Shown: positions 1 through 15,282 of the stretch, piece by piece
Numbering within the stretch: position 1 is the stretch's first letter
Layout of the letters: each line of letters starts with the position of its first letter
From: Octopus vulgaris
Taxonomy: Eukaryota
DNA length: 64,000 nucleotides
Assembly: GCA_951406725.2 (NCBI GenBank)
Contig: OX597826.1
Span: 50,964,001 to 51,028,000, forward strand
Reading direction: 5' to 3'
Position numbers and translations under genes: made by a program
The notes under the pieces: model-generated
Seen by the model: only the letters and a program-made list of their open reading frames with translations
Database searches by the model: none
What the model was told of the DNA's origin: nothing

Positions 1-180
1 CACTTCACTATGGTTAGCAGCAAATACAACCTGCGAGAACTTCCTGTATCAAGTGACCGGCAGCAGCATAGTAGCCACAACTTCTTGTTACAGCACTTTA
101 ACTATCGTGTACCTATTATCATCCTATAATATATCATATTATAGACTCTTTCAATGCTTTGTACTTAATGCACACACATA

Positions 181-1450
181 CGAGGGGCGTTCAATAAGTA
201 ATGCCCCTGACCCACTTTCCATAGCAGTAGAGCAACGACACTTGGCACAGTTATTAGTCTTTTCCTACATAGGAACTACCCAGAGTTATGCATTTCTCCC
301 ATCGTTTGATACAGCTCTGGAGACCGTTTTTGTAGAAGACCCCAGCTTGGTCCTCCAACCACGACGTGACTTCAGAAATCAAGGCTGCATCATCTGGGAA
401 ACGCTTTCCTTTCAAAATCAACTTCATGGCTGGGAAGAGGTAAAAATCAGAGGGTGCAAGGGGAGGAGTTCATAGCTGCACGCCTGTGCTTCTGATCTGG
501 CGACACGCGAGTTGTGGACCGGAGCGTTGTCCTGCAGGAGGAGGATGCCTTTGCTGATCTTGCCCCGCCTCTTGATTTTGATAGCTTCTCTTAATTTCCT
601 CAAAAGTGAAGCATAATAGGCTCCTGTAATTGTAGTACCCTTTGCCAGGAAATCTGTCATCACTACTCTGTCCTGGTCCCATAAGACTGTGAGCATAACC
701 TTGTCAGCGGAGGGCTGCACCCTTGCCTTCTTTGGAGGAGGTAAGTCACGGTGCTTTCACTGCATTGACTGGGCTTTGGTCTATGGATCATAGTGATGGA
801 CCCAGGTTTTATCCTGTGTGATCAGTCTTTTAAAAATTTTGACTCATCTTCTTGGCACATCTCCAAATTCATCCTCGAGCACTCAACGCGTTCTTGCTTC
901 TGGAAAGGTGTGAGCAACCCGGAAATCCATCTGGCAGACACCTTTTGCATATGCAAATGGTCATGAATGATAGTTTCCACAGACCCGGTACTATTCTTGA
1001 CCTTATGGGCTATTTGGCGAATAGTTATGCGTTGACCTTCCAAAATGGCAGCCTCAACTTGACGGACAGATGTCTCATCAACGGCAGAAGGGGGTGACCA
1101 GATCTGGGAGCTGTTTCCACAGAGTTCCGACTATGTTTGAATTCACAATGCCAGCGTTTTACAAGGTCATATGATGGGGCATCATCACCATAAGTTACTT
1201 TCATTTCATCAAAAGTCTCCCGTGGTGTGCGTCCTTTCAAATACAAAAACCAGATCACTGCTCGACACTCAACAGGCTCCATTTCACACTTGACTCAGTT
1301 CAAACACCTGTAAATCAGAAACCAGAAATTAGTTCAGAGCTGTAATTCGCCACTTACTCTATAGAGATATAAATGATTGCACATGCAAAATTTCAGCTAG
1401 ATCAAACAACTGCAAGTGGGTCAGGGGCATTACTTATTGAACGCCCCTCG
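181..1450 (-). mobile_element. Full-length mariner DNA transposon (Himar1/irritans-like), non-functional
   Basis: Perfect 37-bp TIRs cgaggggcgttcaataagtaatgcccctgacccactt at 181-217 and reverse complement at 1414-1450; TA at 179-180 and 1451-1452; 1270 bp long. Confidence 0.96.
254..1282 (-). pseudogene. Frameshifted mariner transposase
   Basis: ORF pieces 1025-1282 (HTH, RAVIWFLYLKG..VKRWHCEFK), 822-1043 (KVSARWI..LT) and 424-720 (KVMLTVLWD, LLQDNAPVH). The C-terminus LAPSDFYLF..RWEKCI..YVGKD* ends at 254; the HPPYSPD motif is deleted. Confidence 0.93.
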
Positions 1451-2510
1451 TACACTTTGTATACATGACGGCCTGTCTATTATTATTTATATATGACGTA
1501 TACACACACATGTTAACATATAAATAAAATCGCTTTAACATTCTACCCGATTGTGTCTCTTTTTCCTTCTGACGCTTATACTCATTTATCATTTTCGTAT
1601 TTATTGTATCGACCGTGTGGTGTACTAAAGGAGCCATCCTCATCACCTCTCCTCGCACGGTCGTTTACAACACTATATACAAATTAACCAACTTCAAAAG
1701 CAGGATCTGTTTACTCAGTGTAGATTACAATATATTCCACGTTGTTTCACAGTATTCTCGGATTTCTGGAAGCCGGATAAGAGGTCCAGTACTGCATATT
1801 ATCGAGCCAAGTGGCTTACCCTAGCGAGCATAAGTATATGCTGTTGGTGTTAACCTCAAAAGAAGGTTAGTTGATGTAAACTATTAATATGATTTACCTA
1901 CTGAAACGTTTACTCGCTGTCTTGGTAATTTAGATAAAATTGCTTATGACTGGCTATTCAAGATGATAGCCTTTCGTAGAGTGAGATGTTATACTACACT
2001 GCATTCCAGTGATAAGATATTTACTGCTTCCTTGTCAATGGGTTTATTTATTTCAGTATAAAAGTCATAGATTCGTCCTTGCAAACGGTGTTAGGTTTCC
2101 TCGGCGAATGATAGACAAATCATACTTGTGAAACGAATCAGAGGAGACGGAAGGAGATACATATACACCTATTTAGATAACATCAACAAATTGGAAATAT
2201 TACTAAATATAAAAGGAATGTAATATTGTACAACATAGCCAGTGGTTTTCTTGTGAATGCATTTGGTTTAATCATAAGTACCCATGTAGTCACGAAGTGA
2301 TACACCTTGTCGGTCCTCGCGCCGTTGACCTTCTGAAAAATTCAGGTTGTGACGGCTGAAGAGAGCGAGGGTGTTGTACACCTGCAATCGGCTGGTGTAC
2401 ATTTACAGCAGAGTAGACAGAAGCAACGAGAAATCAAAGACACAACGCACTACCCAATACTAAGAATAGAACCCACGATCATCACGCGCCTTCACGCATA
2501 TTTACAAACA

Positions 2511-3906
<1,396 letters not shown>

Positions 3907-4296
3907 TATGTATGTATGTATGTATGTATGTATGTATGTATGTATGTATGCATGTATGTAAGTATTACACTCTCTTTGTGTCTCTCTTTTTCTCTCCCCC
4001 TCTCTGTCTCTTTCTCCCCCTTTTCCCCCTCTCTGTCTGACTGTCTGTCTGTCTGTCTCTCTCACTCTCTCTTTCTCCACACACACACACATTCTAGATA
4101 TACAAGGCTTTATTATATGTGTGTGTCTTTGTTTTTGTTTGTCCTCCACCCTGCTTAACAACCACTGCAGTGTTTTTTATGTTCCGTAACTTAGCGGTTC
4201 GGCGTAAGATAACGATAGAATAAGTAGCAGGCCTTAGCATCGCCACAGTCTAGTGACTGAAACAATATACACACATACACACACACGTGTGCGTGT

Positions 4297-4361
<65 letters not shown>

Positions 4362-4959
4362 AGAGCGTTGTAGTTCGCTTGAAGCATTGTAATATCGAAG
4401 AATGTAAAAGGAGAGAAAATAGACAGCTTCTGACAATGCGAAATGTTTTATAAAACCTTTATATTTCGGGCGTAAGGCCCATCTTCAGAAGAAACGAACA
4501 GTCAAAGAGAAGTCCAGTTATGTAGGATCCTTTAAGCCGAAATCTCTAATCCGGAATCTCTAATGCCTGTTTCCTGAAGATTCTCCCCTTCAATGAGAAG
4601 ACCACCCCCGCCATCTGCAAGGCTATCCGCAGGGGACTCAACATTCTGTTGGCCCATTCAGGACCATCCCTACGCAAACACCTATCAACGAGGTGGTCAT
4701 GTGCACTACAACAGCCCTGCACCCTAACGAACTGCCCCATTCATGACTCAATCATGTGCTTACGTACGTGCGTGGTGTACCAAATACGGTGCTCCAAATG
4801 CAGCAATCACTACAACGGCAGCACAACACGACCACTCCACGTCCGAATTAAGGAGCAGTTCACCACCAACGCGTCCTTCGGCAAATACTTGACCAGATGT
4901 GGCAATACCGCCAAGATGATAGACGCCTCCATACTAACCTCTGAGAATAACACCGGTAA

Positions 4960-5367
4960 TCTCTATATATATAAACGGCAGTTTGTCTGTCTGTGTGTCT
5001 GTGTGGCTGTCAGGTTGTACCCTCACCCTGACCACGGCTTTCAACCGATTCTGATGAAAGTTGACACACACATAGCCCAATGTCATAATTCAAAACTAAC
5101 GCAGCGAAAATTTTGAAAAGTTCCCCCAGTTCTGAAAAAAATCAATAAATTCGACATGGGGTCGAGAATCTAAGCATTTTATATGCAACACATTTTCTGT
5201 CGGGAGACAGCTAGGAACATCATATACATAGAAGTATTCGAGTGAAGAGAAGACATTGCAACCTACACATGCGCCTTCGTTCCCTAGAGGGAAAGAACTA
5301 GATTGGGATTAGTCGTTGCCTACTAGGGGCTCTTACATACCCGGGCAACGTCGGGCTATGCTGCTAG
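4960..5367 (+). mobile_element. Non-autonomous Helitron inserted in the PLE
   Basis: 5' TC(tctatatatataaa), internal (CTGT)n, subterminal hairpin cccgggcaacgtcggg, 3' CTAG; inserted between A4959 and T5368 with no TSD. Confidence 0.85.
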
Positions 5368-5753
5368 TTTACTGATCCACCGCATCAACCCGAAAATTAA
5401 CAGCGGATCGGAGTAGAGCCGGTGGCCCCTATGACAGCATCCAATTGATGGTGAATGACCTACAACAGCAGCCGAGATTTGTTTGCACCAACACTCGAAC
5501 AGCCGGCAACACTTAAAGGGCGACTGCCACTACTACTACTGATATTGAGCCGTCATATTACAAATGGTATCTTATAGCAACAGCTGGGTGATTGTTGTTT
5601 GTTCAGACCAACGCGTTGAACGACAATTACACTTAGGTTTGGAGAGCGACTTCTGCTGTTACATAAACGCTGGGGAGTTTGAATGGATTAATGGATTAAT
5701 GGATTAATGGATTAATGGATCCTACATAACTGGGTTTTCTTAGACTGTTCGTT

Positions 5754-5791
5754 TCTTCTGAAGATGGGCTTTTGTGCCTGAAATATAAAGG
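5754..5791 (+). ncRNA. Minimal hammerhead-ribozyme-like motif in the pLTR (inverted copy at 4456-4492, - strand)
   Basis: tctt CTGAAGA t gggc..gcct GAAA ta TA aagg. The minus copy has a perfect gggc/gccc stem II. Stem III is only the ATAT palindrome. Confidence 0.5.
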
Positions 5792-5868
5792 TTTTATTAA
5801 ACTTTCTGTGTTGTCAGAAACTATTTTCTTTCATTTCACATTCTTTTATATATAATATTTATATATGA

Positions 5869-5914
<46 letters not shown>

Positions 5915-5916
<2 letters not shown>

Positions 5917-6134
5917 GTACAGCGGGGTGGTGTCATTTGAAGGCTAAAACAATGCGAAACGCATTGTGACCAGCGATGCGTAGCAACATCTGATAGCCTG
6001 GTCGGTCACGGTGATATATATATATATATATATATATATGGGTACACGGGGTGGTGTCATTTGAAGTCTAAAACAATGCGAAACGCATTGTGACCAGCGA
6101 TGCGTAGCAACATCTGATAGCCTGGTCGGTCACG

Positions 6135-6189
<55 letters not shown>

Positions 6190-6283
6190 GTACAGCGGGG
6201 TGGTGTCATTTGAAGGCTAAAACAATGCGAAACGCATTGTGACCAGCGATGCGTAGCAACATCTGATAGCCTGGTCGGTCACG

Positions 6284-6287
<4 letters not shown>
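5915..6287. repeat. Three near-identical ~100-bp units separated by (TA)n
   Basis: gggtacagcggggtggtgtcatttgaagg...cctggtcggtcacggtga at 5915-6014, 6040-6138 and 6188-6287. Confidence 0.93.
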
Positions 6288-6325
<38 letters not shown>

Positions 6326-6332
<7 letters not shown>

Positions 6333-6475
6333 ATCTGGGGAGAGTCATTCTCTTTTAGTGCCTTATTATTTAACACACTCACCGGTAAAGTTTCCACTCA
6401 TTCACTTATTTATTTATTTTTCCTAAAATTTTCGTTGTGTCTTGCAACCTTTTCAAAAGTCGCTGACTCTGTCCG
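6326..6475 (-). mobile_element. pLTR-like fragment, same family as 32035-32336 and 63700-63841
   Basis: Shared ttgtatctggggagagtcatt..aacacactcaccggtaaa..; contains a hammerhead-like core on the minus strand. Confidence 0.7.
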
Positions 6476-7093
6476 TTATCCGAGCTGCGTTCTTTTTGTT
6501 TGTTTGTGCGCATGTGTGTGCGTTTACACATGTATGCATGTATGTATGCATGTAAATGTGTGTATACATGTATGCGTGTGTGTGTGTGCTTATGCATATA
6601 TGTATGTATGTCTGTACGTTTGTATGTATGTATTCTGCATATTCATGTGTTTGTGTGTTTTATGTGTGTGTGTGTGTGTGTTTGCATGTGTGTATGTGTG
6701 TACCTGTGTACCTCTGTCTCATTGTGTGTACATGTCTGAGTGTGTCCGTGTATGGGTTTTTGTGACTATGTACTATGTTGGATGTATGGATGTGTGTCTC
6801 CATATGTGTCCTTGTGTGAAGTGAGGTGTGTGTGTATGTGTATGTGTGTGTGATCACGATTTTTAGTCTTCATTTATGTAAGTGTGTATGTGTGCTTTTC
6901 TGTTCATATTACCTATGTATCTATCCGTCTGTATGTCTATCTGTTTACATTCATATTCATTTACCTACATACATGTGCACATACATATACGTATACGCAC
7001 ACACACACACACACTCACACACACACATCTATTTAACAGCCCACTAACTATTCTACTTATATATAAATATAAACCGTGGGAATAGGGGCATGA

Positions 7094-7440
7094 TTACCTA
7101 CTACGTATATTTCCTATTAGTACTGGCGATATTTCATTTATGAGGACGTACTCTTGTATTTGTCTGAGTGTTGGATCCTTTGAGTGCTTGAATAAAATGC
7201 GAATGACAAGTTGACCCAGATTGCCTCCTTGTTGGTCCTTGGCATGTTGGTAAAATATGGAGGATTGTTTTTTGTCGTCATATTGTCTCAAATGTTCATT
7301 CAGTCTTTCCGCAATGCTCCTAGATGTCTCTCCTATGTATGTCATGTTCATTTTTTTACAAGCACCTCCTATGCAACTTATGCTGTAGACTACATTTCTA
7401 GATCTACAGTTGACTGTTTACAGAATTTTGCTAGATGGTT
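7094..7440 (-). mobile_element. PLE GIY-YIG endonuclease fragment (second family)
   Basis: Minus frame reads VNCRSRNVVYSISCIGGACKKMNMTYIGETSRSIAERLNEH..SSIFYQH..RQIQEYVLINEISPVL. Confidence 0.88.
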
Positions 7441-8403
7441 AGATTGTTAACATAATTTGTTCGGAGTTTGTAATTTGCTCATGTAGCTTGTGTGTCTATA
7501 GTCGTGAAGTGTAAAATTAAGGGACGATCGAAAGAAGAAAGCAGAAAATGTACGATGTATCCACACTTGAACCAAGAAGGCCGGTGTTGCTAAACCAGCG
7601 CTGGATTTTTCTATTGGTCAGGATGAATTTATTTGCTTGAAGACATCTGATAAATATCTCTCCTTTGAAATTTAGAGTTCTTTGATTTCAGCAGGATATG
7701 TGCTCATTATATCGTACAATGTCTGCATTTTCGATCCCTTTACGATCTTTCGAGGCATCTCCATTTAATATTGTAGTAAATACTCCATCTCCATACCATT
7801 TTCCAGAAGTGGTTGGCTAGAATGATAGAATTTCTTCTGCCAGTGTATCTGATGGATCATCTATCGTTGTAATATCTTTTTTTGAATGCTCTCTCGCTCA
7901 TAATAACCGTCTGATTTGGCTTCATTGAAGTGACATCTGTTTCATACTCTACCGATCTTACATTGCATACCTGATGTAGTCTGCAAGTATCTGTATATTT
8001 ACATGAAAAACCTAAATAAACTATTTGTTGAGTTTGAGAAGAACGCCTTCATATTAGGACTGCAAGGTTATCCTATCTTCGTAGAACAATTTTCGAAAAT
8101 TTTCTTGTACCTATAGCTATCAGAGAATTGCTTACCAGGAAAAGCAAGTTTTCTGAAAACCTGTGTTACCGTCTCTGTCTTACTTTTTACTTCCTCAAAG
8201 TGACAAACTTTTCTTGAGATTTCTCGTAAATTGCCCCCCACGTATTTTTGCACTATTTCCTAATGCAGCCTAATGAACGAATCAAGCAATTACGCTTTGA
8301 TTGTCCCAAACGAAGTAAAATATTTCGCCCATTTTAAAACTTAAGTCGCCTTCAAGAGTGCATTAAGCTGTTGTTTATAAAACAAGTACTCTCTCCATCT
8401 CTG

Positions 8404-8469
<66 letters not shown>

Positions 8470-8663
8470 GCAAACACGCAAGTGTGTTTGTATATATATG
8501 TGTATATCTGTGTGTATATGTATATTTAATATATTTAAATGTGTGTGTGTATATTTGTAGATATGTATGTATCTTAGAAGTTTAGTAGTACTTTTATAAA
8601 CAGTATATTTGTTTATGTGCACATATGAATGAATGAATGTAGGTATGTATATATATATATGTA

Positions 8664-8741
<78 letters not shown>

Positions 8742-9003
8742 ATGGAAATAAAGATAATAAATTGAACAATTAAGTAATTTAATCATTAAATGATAAAATC
8801 ATTTCAATTTCATTATTTTATACAAACAAATGACGCGTCTGGTAAATTACAACTGTTTCTACAAAGAGCAGGTTTTTCAATGAGATTTCATCAGACAGAC
8901 ATAAGTATATTACTACCCTTTCCCTCAATTTCGTCCTTGTGGTTTCGAGTCATTTCGATTGCTATCTTTAGCACACTGGTGCTACAAGTAGTATCGTTCA
9001 TTA

Positions 9004-9080
<77 letters not shown>

Positions 9081-9782
9081 TAGTTTTGCATCAAATATAT
9101 ATGCGCATGTGTATCTCCCTCTCTTGTTCTTCTTCCTTTCTGTTTTTCTCTCCCACCCTTTCCCTATTTTCTCCTCTCCCCTTCACCGTTCCCTCTCTCA
9201 CTCTTCCTCTTTGACTCTCTCGTCGCTGACACGTGTCGAAAGGCGATCTATCTTTCTTCCACTTCCTTCGTAAAGACAAGACGTGCTTTTACCAGTCTCT
9301 TCTCATAGCTCGTCTTTCTAGCGTTCATAATTTTCCACATCGTCTTGGCTTATCAACCCTCACCGTTTGTTTTTACTGTCTTGTTCTCACTGTCCTGTTT
9401 TTGTTACCACTTTCACCCTCCGCAAAAAATCCCAAATTTTATTTAATTTGCTTTGCAGGAAGGATTGTTTCAACGAAGTCGAGTCTTGTCCTTGCCTTCG
9501 AACACGCGGAGTAGATGAAACAGGGACAACTGAAGAAGGGGAATATTCCTTGTGTTATATGTCTTGTTTCTTTGTTTTTTTCGTTGTTTTGAAAAAAAGT
9601 TCGTTTTTATGTTTTTGCTTTTATGTTTTCGTTTCTCATTGTGTCTACGGTTTTTTGATGTCTTGTACCCATATATGCATGTATATATACATATATATGT
9701 AGGTATGTACATGTATGTATATATGCATATATTTATATATTATTTATATTACATACATACATACATACATACAAACATACAT

Positions 9783-9825
<43 letters not shown>

Positions 9826-10051
9826 TAGATAGATAGATAGATGCATAATCATATGTATATGTATGGGTGTATATATATATACACGCACACATATGTATAT
9901 ATATATAAGCCATATTTCGAGGAAAGGTTTGTCAGTTACATACCATACTTACATAACCTGATATGTGATATTAATCAGAGCATAACAAAATCTTCATCAG
10001 TCACTATTGCTTCAGTTAACCAGCAATAACATGTACACACACACACACAAA

Positions 10052-10132
<81 letters not shown>

Positions 10133-10136
10133 GTGT

Positions 10137-10172
<36 letters not shown>

Positions 10173-10469
10173 GCATGATATATTGCAACTTATCCTGAAC
10201 GCAAGTAATGTAACTGATGCAACAGGTCCCCCTGGTGGTGAAGTACATAGCTTTCGTTTTATTTATATAACATTGCGAAAGCAATTGCCGCTTTACTATT
10301 ATTTATATATCAATAACAACACAGCAACAAGGCAGGTTTTTGTCGTTTCATTTCTCTTATCTTTTTCATTTGCTTTATCGAATTACAAAGTAATAACAGA
10401 ACGATGCATTAGCCAAGACATATCAGTGATCTTGCAACTTAGTTTCTTAAAAAAGATAGTCCACACCAG

Positions 10470-11600
10470 CCGCGGTCTTGGTTCACTGGATCTGGATCTT
10501 CTGTTGTCTTAAAGTGCTTAGGACTGCGTGCGGGCCAAATCATCAGGTAGATAGGAACTGGAACGAAGTCACAAGCATTGTGATCAAATATGGTAAACAT
10601 ACATCACCTCCAATGACTGTCGTGCTTTGCCCAGTTTTTATATGTCAAGACTGGAGCGTCTGCTCTTTGGCTTCTTGTATAACAGACATGTTCCACAGGT
10701 CAAAAGGTTCATCTGCCGCCAAGACCTTTGTAAAAGACGCGGTACGCCATGGCTGACGATGTGCGGACATGCGCTCACGTTGAAGCGCCTACTGAAATTC
10801 CTGAGCGCTGGTCAGATGTTATAACCATTTATGAGGAACGATTTTTCCCCCACAGTTAATTCCTTTGACTTAACTGTTGTCCTAAGTCAAGCGGGGTCTG
10901 AAATTGGATGCTTGACATCTGGGACATCGCCAGACACTCAGCAGTCGGGTAATATGGTCGATGGTATGTCAACATATTCAATCTATCGATGGTTAGTGAT
11001 AAGAAAAAAGCGACGATATTCTCAGAGAGATCTCAGGCGTCGGTGAAGATTAACCGAAAGATCTATTCATTTGAATTTTAACTCGTGAGCTATTGACAGC
11101 TTCTAGAAACTCATGGTCTCAATTTACTACTGAGGGCAGTTCGAAATAAACTCTACTGGTACTGAAACATCGGTAGCTAGGTCTGGACGAAATTCGTGCG
11201 AATCAAATAAATCGCTTACACAAACTTGTTCACTGTCTGACCATTGCAGAGTTTTGTCGAACCGCTGTTGTCATGTGTAGGATGGAGTTAATTATTAGCC
11301 GAAACCAGCGTAAGTATTACTCTATAGCTCTTTATTAGTTACGGAAAGGTGATGTCGGTTTTCCTATATGTGGTGGCCATGCCGAAAGTTGTATGGCGGA
11401 CAAGATTGAAAGCATTGCGGACTGATATTTTCTTCAACAACTTCAAATTCTGCAGTGGGAGGAAGGTGAGGTGGTGAGTTGCATGCCGTACTTCAGTAAA
11501 TATGATGAAAGTTCAGAGTATAGCCCGGACAAATAAGCTTAAACTCGGCATGCGCTTGCAGGCTGGAGAACCCAGCTTGGAGAGGGCTTCACCTTTGTGA
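10470..11600 (+). mobile_element. Decayed Tx1/L1-type LINE ORF2 3' fragment
   Basis: Broken frames GPNHQVDRNWNEVTS, LERLLFGFLYNRHVPQVKRFIC..TPWLTM..HALTLKRL and VVAMPKVVWRTRLKALRTDIF resemble the post-RT region of L1/Tx1 ORF2. Confidence 0.65.
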
Positions 11601-12282
11601 GTGTTCCGTTCTTGGGATCTCTATCTACACACATGCACACGCGCGCGCACACACACACATACACACACACATGCACACAAACACACGCATACACATGCAC
11701 GCACACGCGCGCGCGCATTTTTCATGCTTATGTTCTTTTGTTTACTCCCCTTCCACCATTTATATAAATGCTCTTTGCAATGTCTCTTGTACCGTCGTTC
11801 TTGAGCGTCGGACGCTTGAGCGTCGGACGAAATGCTTTGGCAGTACTTGCTCTGACTCTTAATGTTTTGAATTCACTTCCCACCGAGGCCAACATTGCCT
11901 TTCATCCCTCCGAGGTCGTTAAAATAAAGTACCAGTCAAGTAATAGGGTCCACTGTATCGACTAAACTTTTCCCTGAAAAAATTGTTGGCTCATTCGCTG
12001 ATGTCATTTTTGCTTTTCATCCTTTCAGAGCAGATGAATGAAATCCCAATTAAATACCGAGGCATATATTAAGGTAAACCGCCCCCATCACCAAAAGGTA
12101 CGGCTTTGTACCAAAGAACTGCGGACGGTCGAAGCAATAGAGTTCTGGAGCATATTGCCCAGCAGTATTTTTTAACACGTCTGTCTTTTACTTGTTTCAG
12201 TCATTGGAGTGCGGTCATGCTGGGGCACCGCCTTGAAGGGTTTTAGTCAAACGAATCCATCCCAGTACTTGCCCCTTTTTTT

Positions 12283-12411
12283 AAAGCCTGATACTTTTAA
12301 AGCCTGATACTTTTAAGCCTGATACTTTTAAAGCCTGATACTTTAAAGCCTGATACTTTTAAAGCCTGATACTTACCCCTGTTTTTAAAGCCTGATACTT
12401 AAAGCCTGATA
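12283..12411. repeat. Minisatellite (tttaaagcctgatact) x~8 inside a SINE copy (12185-12460)
   Basis: Read directly from the sequence. Confidence 0.9.
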
Positions 12412-12649
12412 ATTGTAGATCTTTAAAACCAAACTGTTAAGTTACGGGGAAATAAACTAACCAACTCTTTCTGTGTTCAAATCTCGGTGAGGTCAACTTG
12501 GTTTTGCATTAGCAAATTCGCGGTGTAGTGTCAATGGTTATCAATCGATGTTATTATTTACCGTGCCTTGAATTAATTTAATTTTTGTTTCCATATTTCT
12601 TGTCAAATGCAACAAGTCTGTTTTTCCCTCACCGCATTATTACTCTCAA

Positions 12650-13010
<361 letters not shown>

Positions 13011-14266
13011 ATCACGAAAGGCAACAGCCACAGCCACAGTAACAACAGCAGAATTGCTAGTGTGCACTTTCCCTCTGCTACAAGCACCTTGACAGCAACA
13101 AAACTTACTCATCACTAACAACACCCGCCTACCGAAATCTCATGTCTTACTCACTCACGTACCAAAGGTGTTCTTGCGTGTGTGTGTGTTTGTATGTGTA
13201 TGTGTGTGTATGTATGTGCGTATGTGTAGATGCATGTGTGTGTGTGTGCGTGTTTTATGCTGTTGTTACAACTTGCTAACCAATACTTCTTATTTCTGGA
13301 GTATTTGCCTACCGCCCGGTATTTCTCAGTTTGTTCGTCTTATCAGAGTCTGGAGTTGTTTTAATTGCAATGCTGGTACACAACTACAACCACAACCACA
13401 ACCACAACAATTACATTCACAGCCACACCACACAACCACATATGCACATACACACACGCACACACACACATACCCATGCACATACACCGACACAGTCGTG
13501 GTCATCTAGGGACACGCACATCATATACAGGCCTATACACTTGACGGAGAGACAGTACTATAGAGCCATGGGTTGTTTGCTAAGACTGAAACCTATTCCT
13601 TTTAAATGCACACTGTTTGCGAACAATTTACATTAACACCAACCATCTATTTACCCACACAGATATATATATATATATATACGCCAGTTTATATATATAT
13701 GCATGTATTAGTATATATTCATTTGTGTGTACGATGCACATAGATACAAGTGGATACTGCAACTACTACTATCATCACTAGAGAAGCAATCACTAGCTTG
13801 AGGCATTAATACCTTCTCATTGTTATTTTCCAGTTTCATTTAAATCAATAACTACCTTCTACTCTCTCTCTCTCCACTTCTCTCTGTATTTATGTTTATA
13901 TCACTCTCTCTTTTTCTAGATACCTCTGTCTTTGTATCTTCTAATTCCCTCCGACCTTGCTCTTCAGAGCAATAGCTTCTTTAGCCACCATTCTATCGCT
14001 ATGGAAGAACACATTCACGTTTATGAAATGATGCAACCTTTCTTATTTTATATATTCAACACTAATGGAGCTCCACAATCTAACAATAATATAATACATA
14101 ACCCTTTACAAGTGTAATATATATACATACATAGATACATAGATATTTGTAACTAATACACACAGAACAACTGAAATTTAAAGTGTTTTCCCCCCCTAAG
14201 CCTTATCTTTTTATTTAAAAAAAAAAAGCAAACCAAAACAAATCCTTTTTTACAATTAATTTACAG

Positions 14267-14388
14267 TACCATCATTAAGTGAAAAAGAGCTGAGAAAAGA
14301 TTCAAAGGAATATCATTCACACTGGCGCCCACCGCCGAATTTCTGCTTCTAAAGTCAACCTTAAGTAATTTCTGCCACGATAGACAAG
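14267..14388 (+). other. Candidate non-coding (5'UTR) exon
   Basis: Acceptor ttacAG| at 14266 and donor caag|GTAAGA at 14389 in non-repetitive sequence; all three frames contain stops. Confidence 0.3.
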
Positions 14389-14471
14389 GTAAGACGAGTT
14401 TAAACCATTTCTTCTCTGGCTTTATATTGTCTTTAATTATCTTCCATTTCTTGTATAAGATGGTATACAAA

Positions 14472-14507
<36 letters not shown>

Positions 14508-14933
14508 TAATGAAGGTGAGCAGGCCGAAACTTCGGAGTCACTTTCAACCATTTCCTTGTAAAAATTTAATAAAGCATATATATACTCTACTAAAATGTT
14601 CTCAGTTTTAATCTTAAATTATTTTTTTTCTATTTTACTTGACATAAACACAAACACACGCATACATGTGTGTATGTATGTATGTATGTATGTGTGTGTG
14701 GAAAGAGAGAGAGAAAGAGAGAGAGAGAGGGAGAGGGAGAGAGAGTGGGGGGAAAGGTCGTTCCGTCACCATGAAGAACATGATGGTTCTTGATGAATCT
14801 AGAAGGTTTTATAGATGAGTAAGAAAAAAAAAAAGAGAATCATTGATTTCTGTTGTGAGTGTATGATTAATATGCGAGAATGGGTGGGTGTGGACTTGTC
14901 TTTAGTTATGAGTGCAGCGACCTACCTAAATAT

Positions 14934-14967
<34 letters not shown>

Positions 14968-15224
14968 TAGCTATAACCTAAACGGTAATTACGTTAAACG
15001 TTATCTTCAACGGGATCGCCTCTGTTTTTTTTTTTCTTTTTGTCTCTCAGTGTTAATCATACATATATAATAATACTTAATCGAATGATGTGTTTTTTTT
15101 TTGGGGGGGGGTTAGATATTTCTTAAATTAAGGTCTCCTCCAGTGGAGGGATACTCGAGCTTGTCAACACCAATATATGATTGGTATTTATATTGCGCTC
15201 CCCATTCATTCTAATTGGAATCTG

Positions 15225-15282
<58 letters not shown>

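Larger units (their letters stand above)
4398..5845 (+). mobile_element. 5'-truncated Penelope-like element (PLE) with GIY-YIG remnant and inverted pLTR
   Basis: ORF 4649 encodes C..CPI..CLRTCVVYQIRCSKCSNHYNGSTTRPLHVRIKE (GIY-YIG type). 4398-4530 is an inverted copy of 5717-5845. Confidence 0.85.

Noticed and set aside
53-475. 140-aa plus-strand ORF
   Set aside because: Mostly antisense to the mariner transposase and crosses the element boundary.
1560-2480. CpG-containing unique-looking stretch as an LTR or other TE remnant
   Set aside because: No termini or protein motif could be identified by eye.
5684-5720. Telomere-like (TGGATTAA)n
   Set aside because: An 8-bp slippage repeat inside the PLE, not TTAGGG.
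5915-6287. CRISPR-like repeat-spacer appearance
   Set aside because: Units are 100 bp, spacers are pure (TA)n, the context is eukaryotic and there are no cas genes.
9520-9560. CTGAAGA hammerhead start (also CTGATGA at 59479)
   Set aside because: No correctly placed stem II plus GAAA box.
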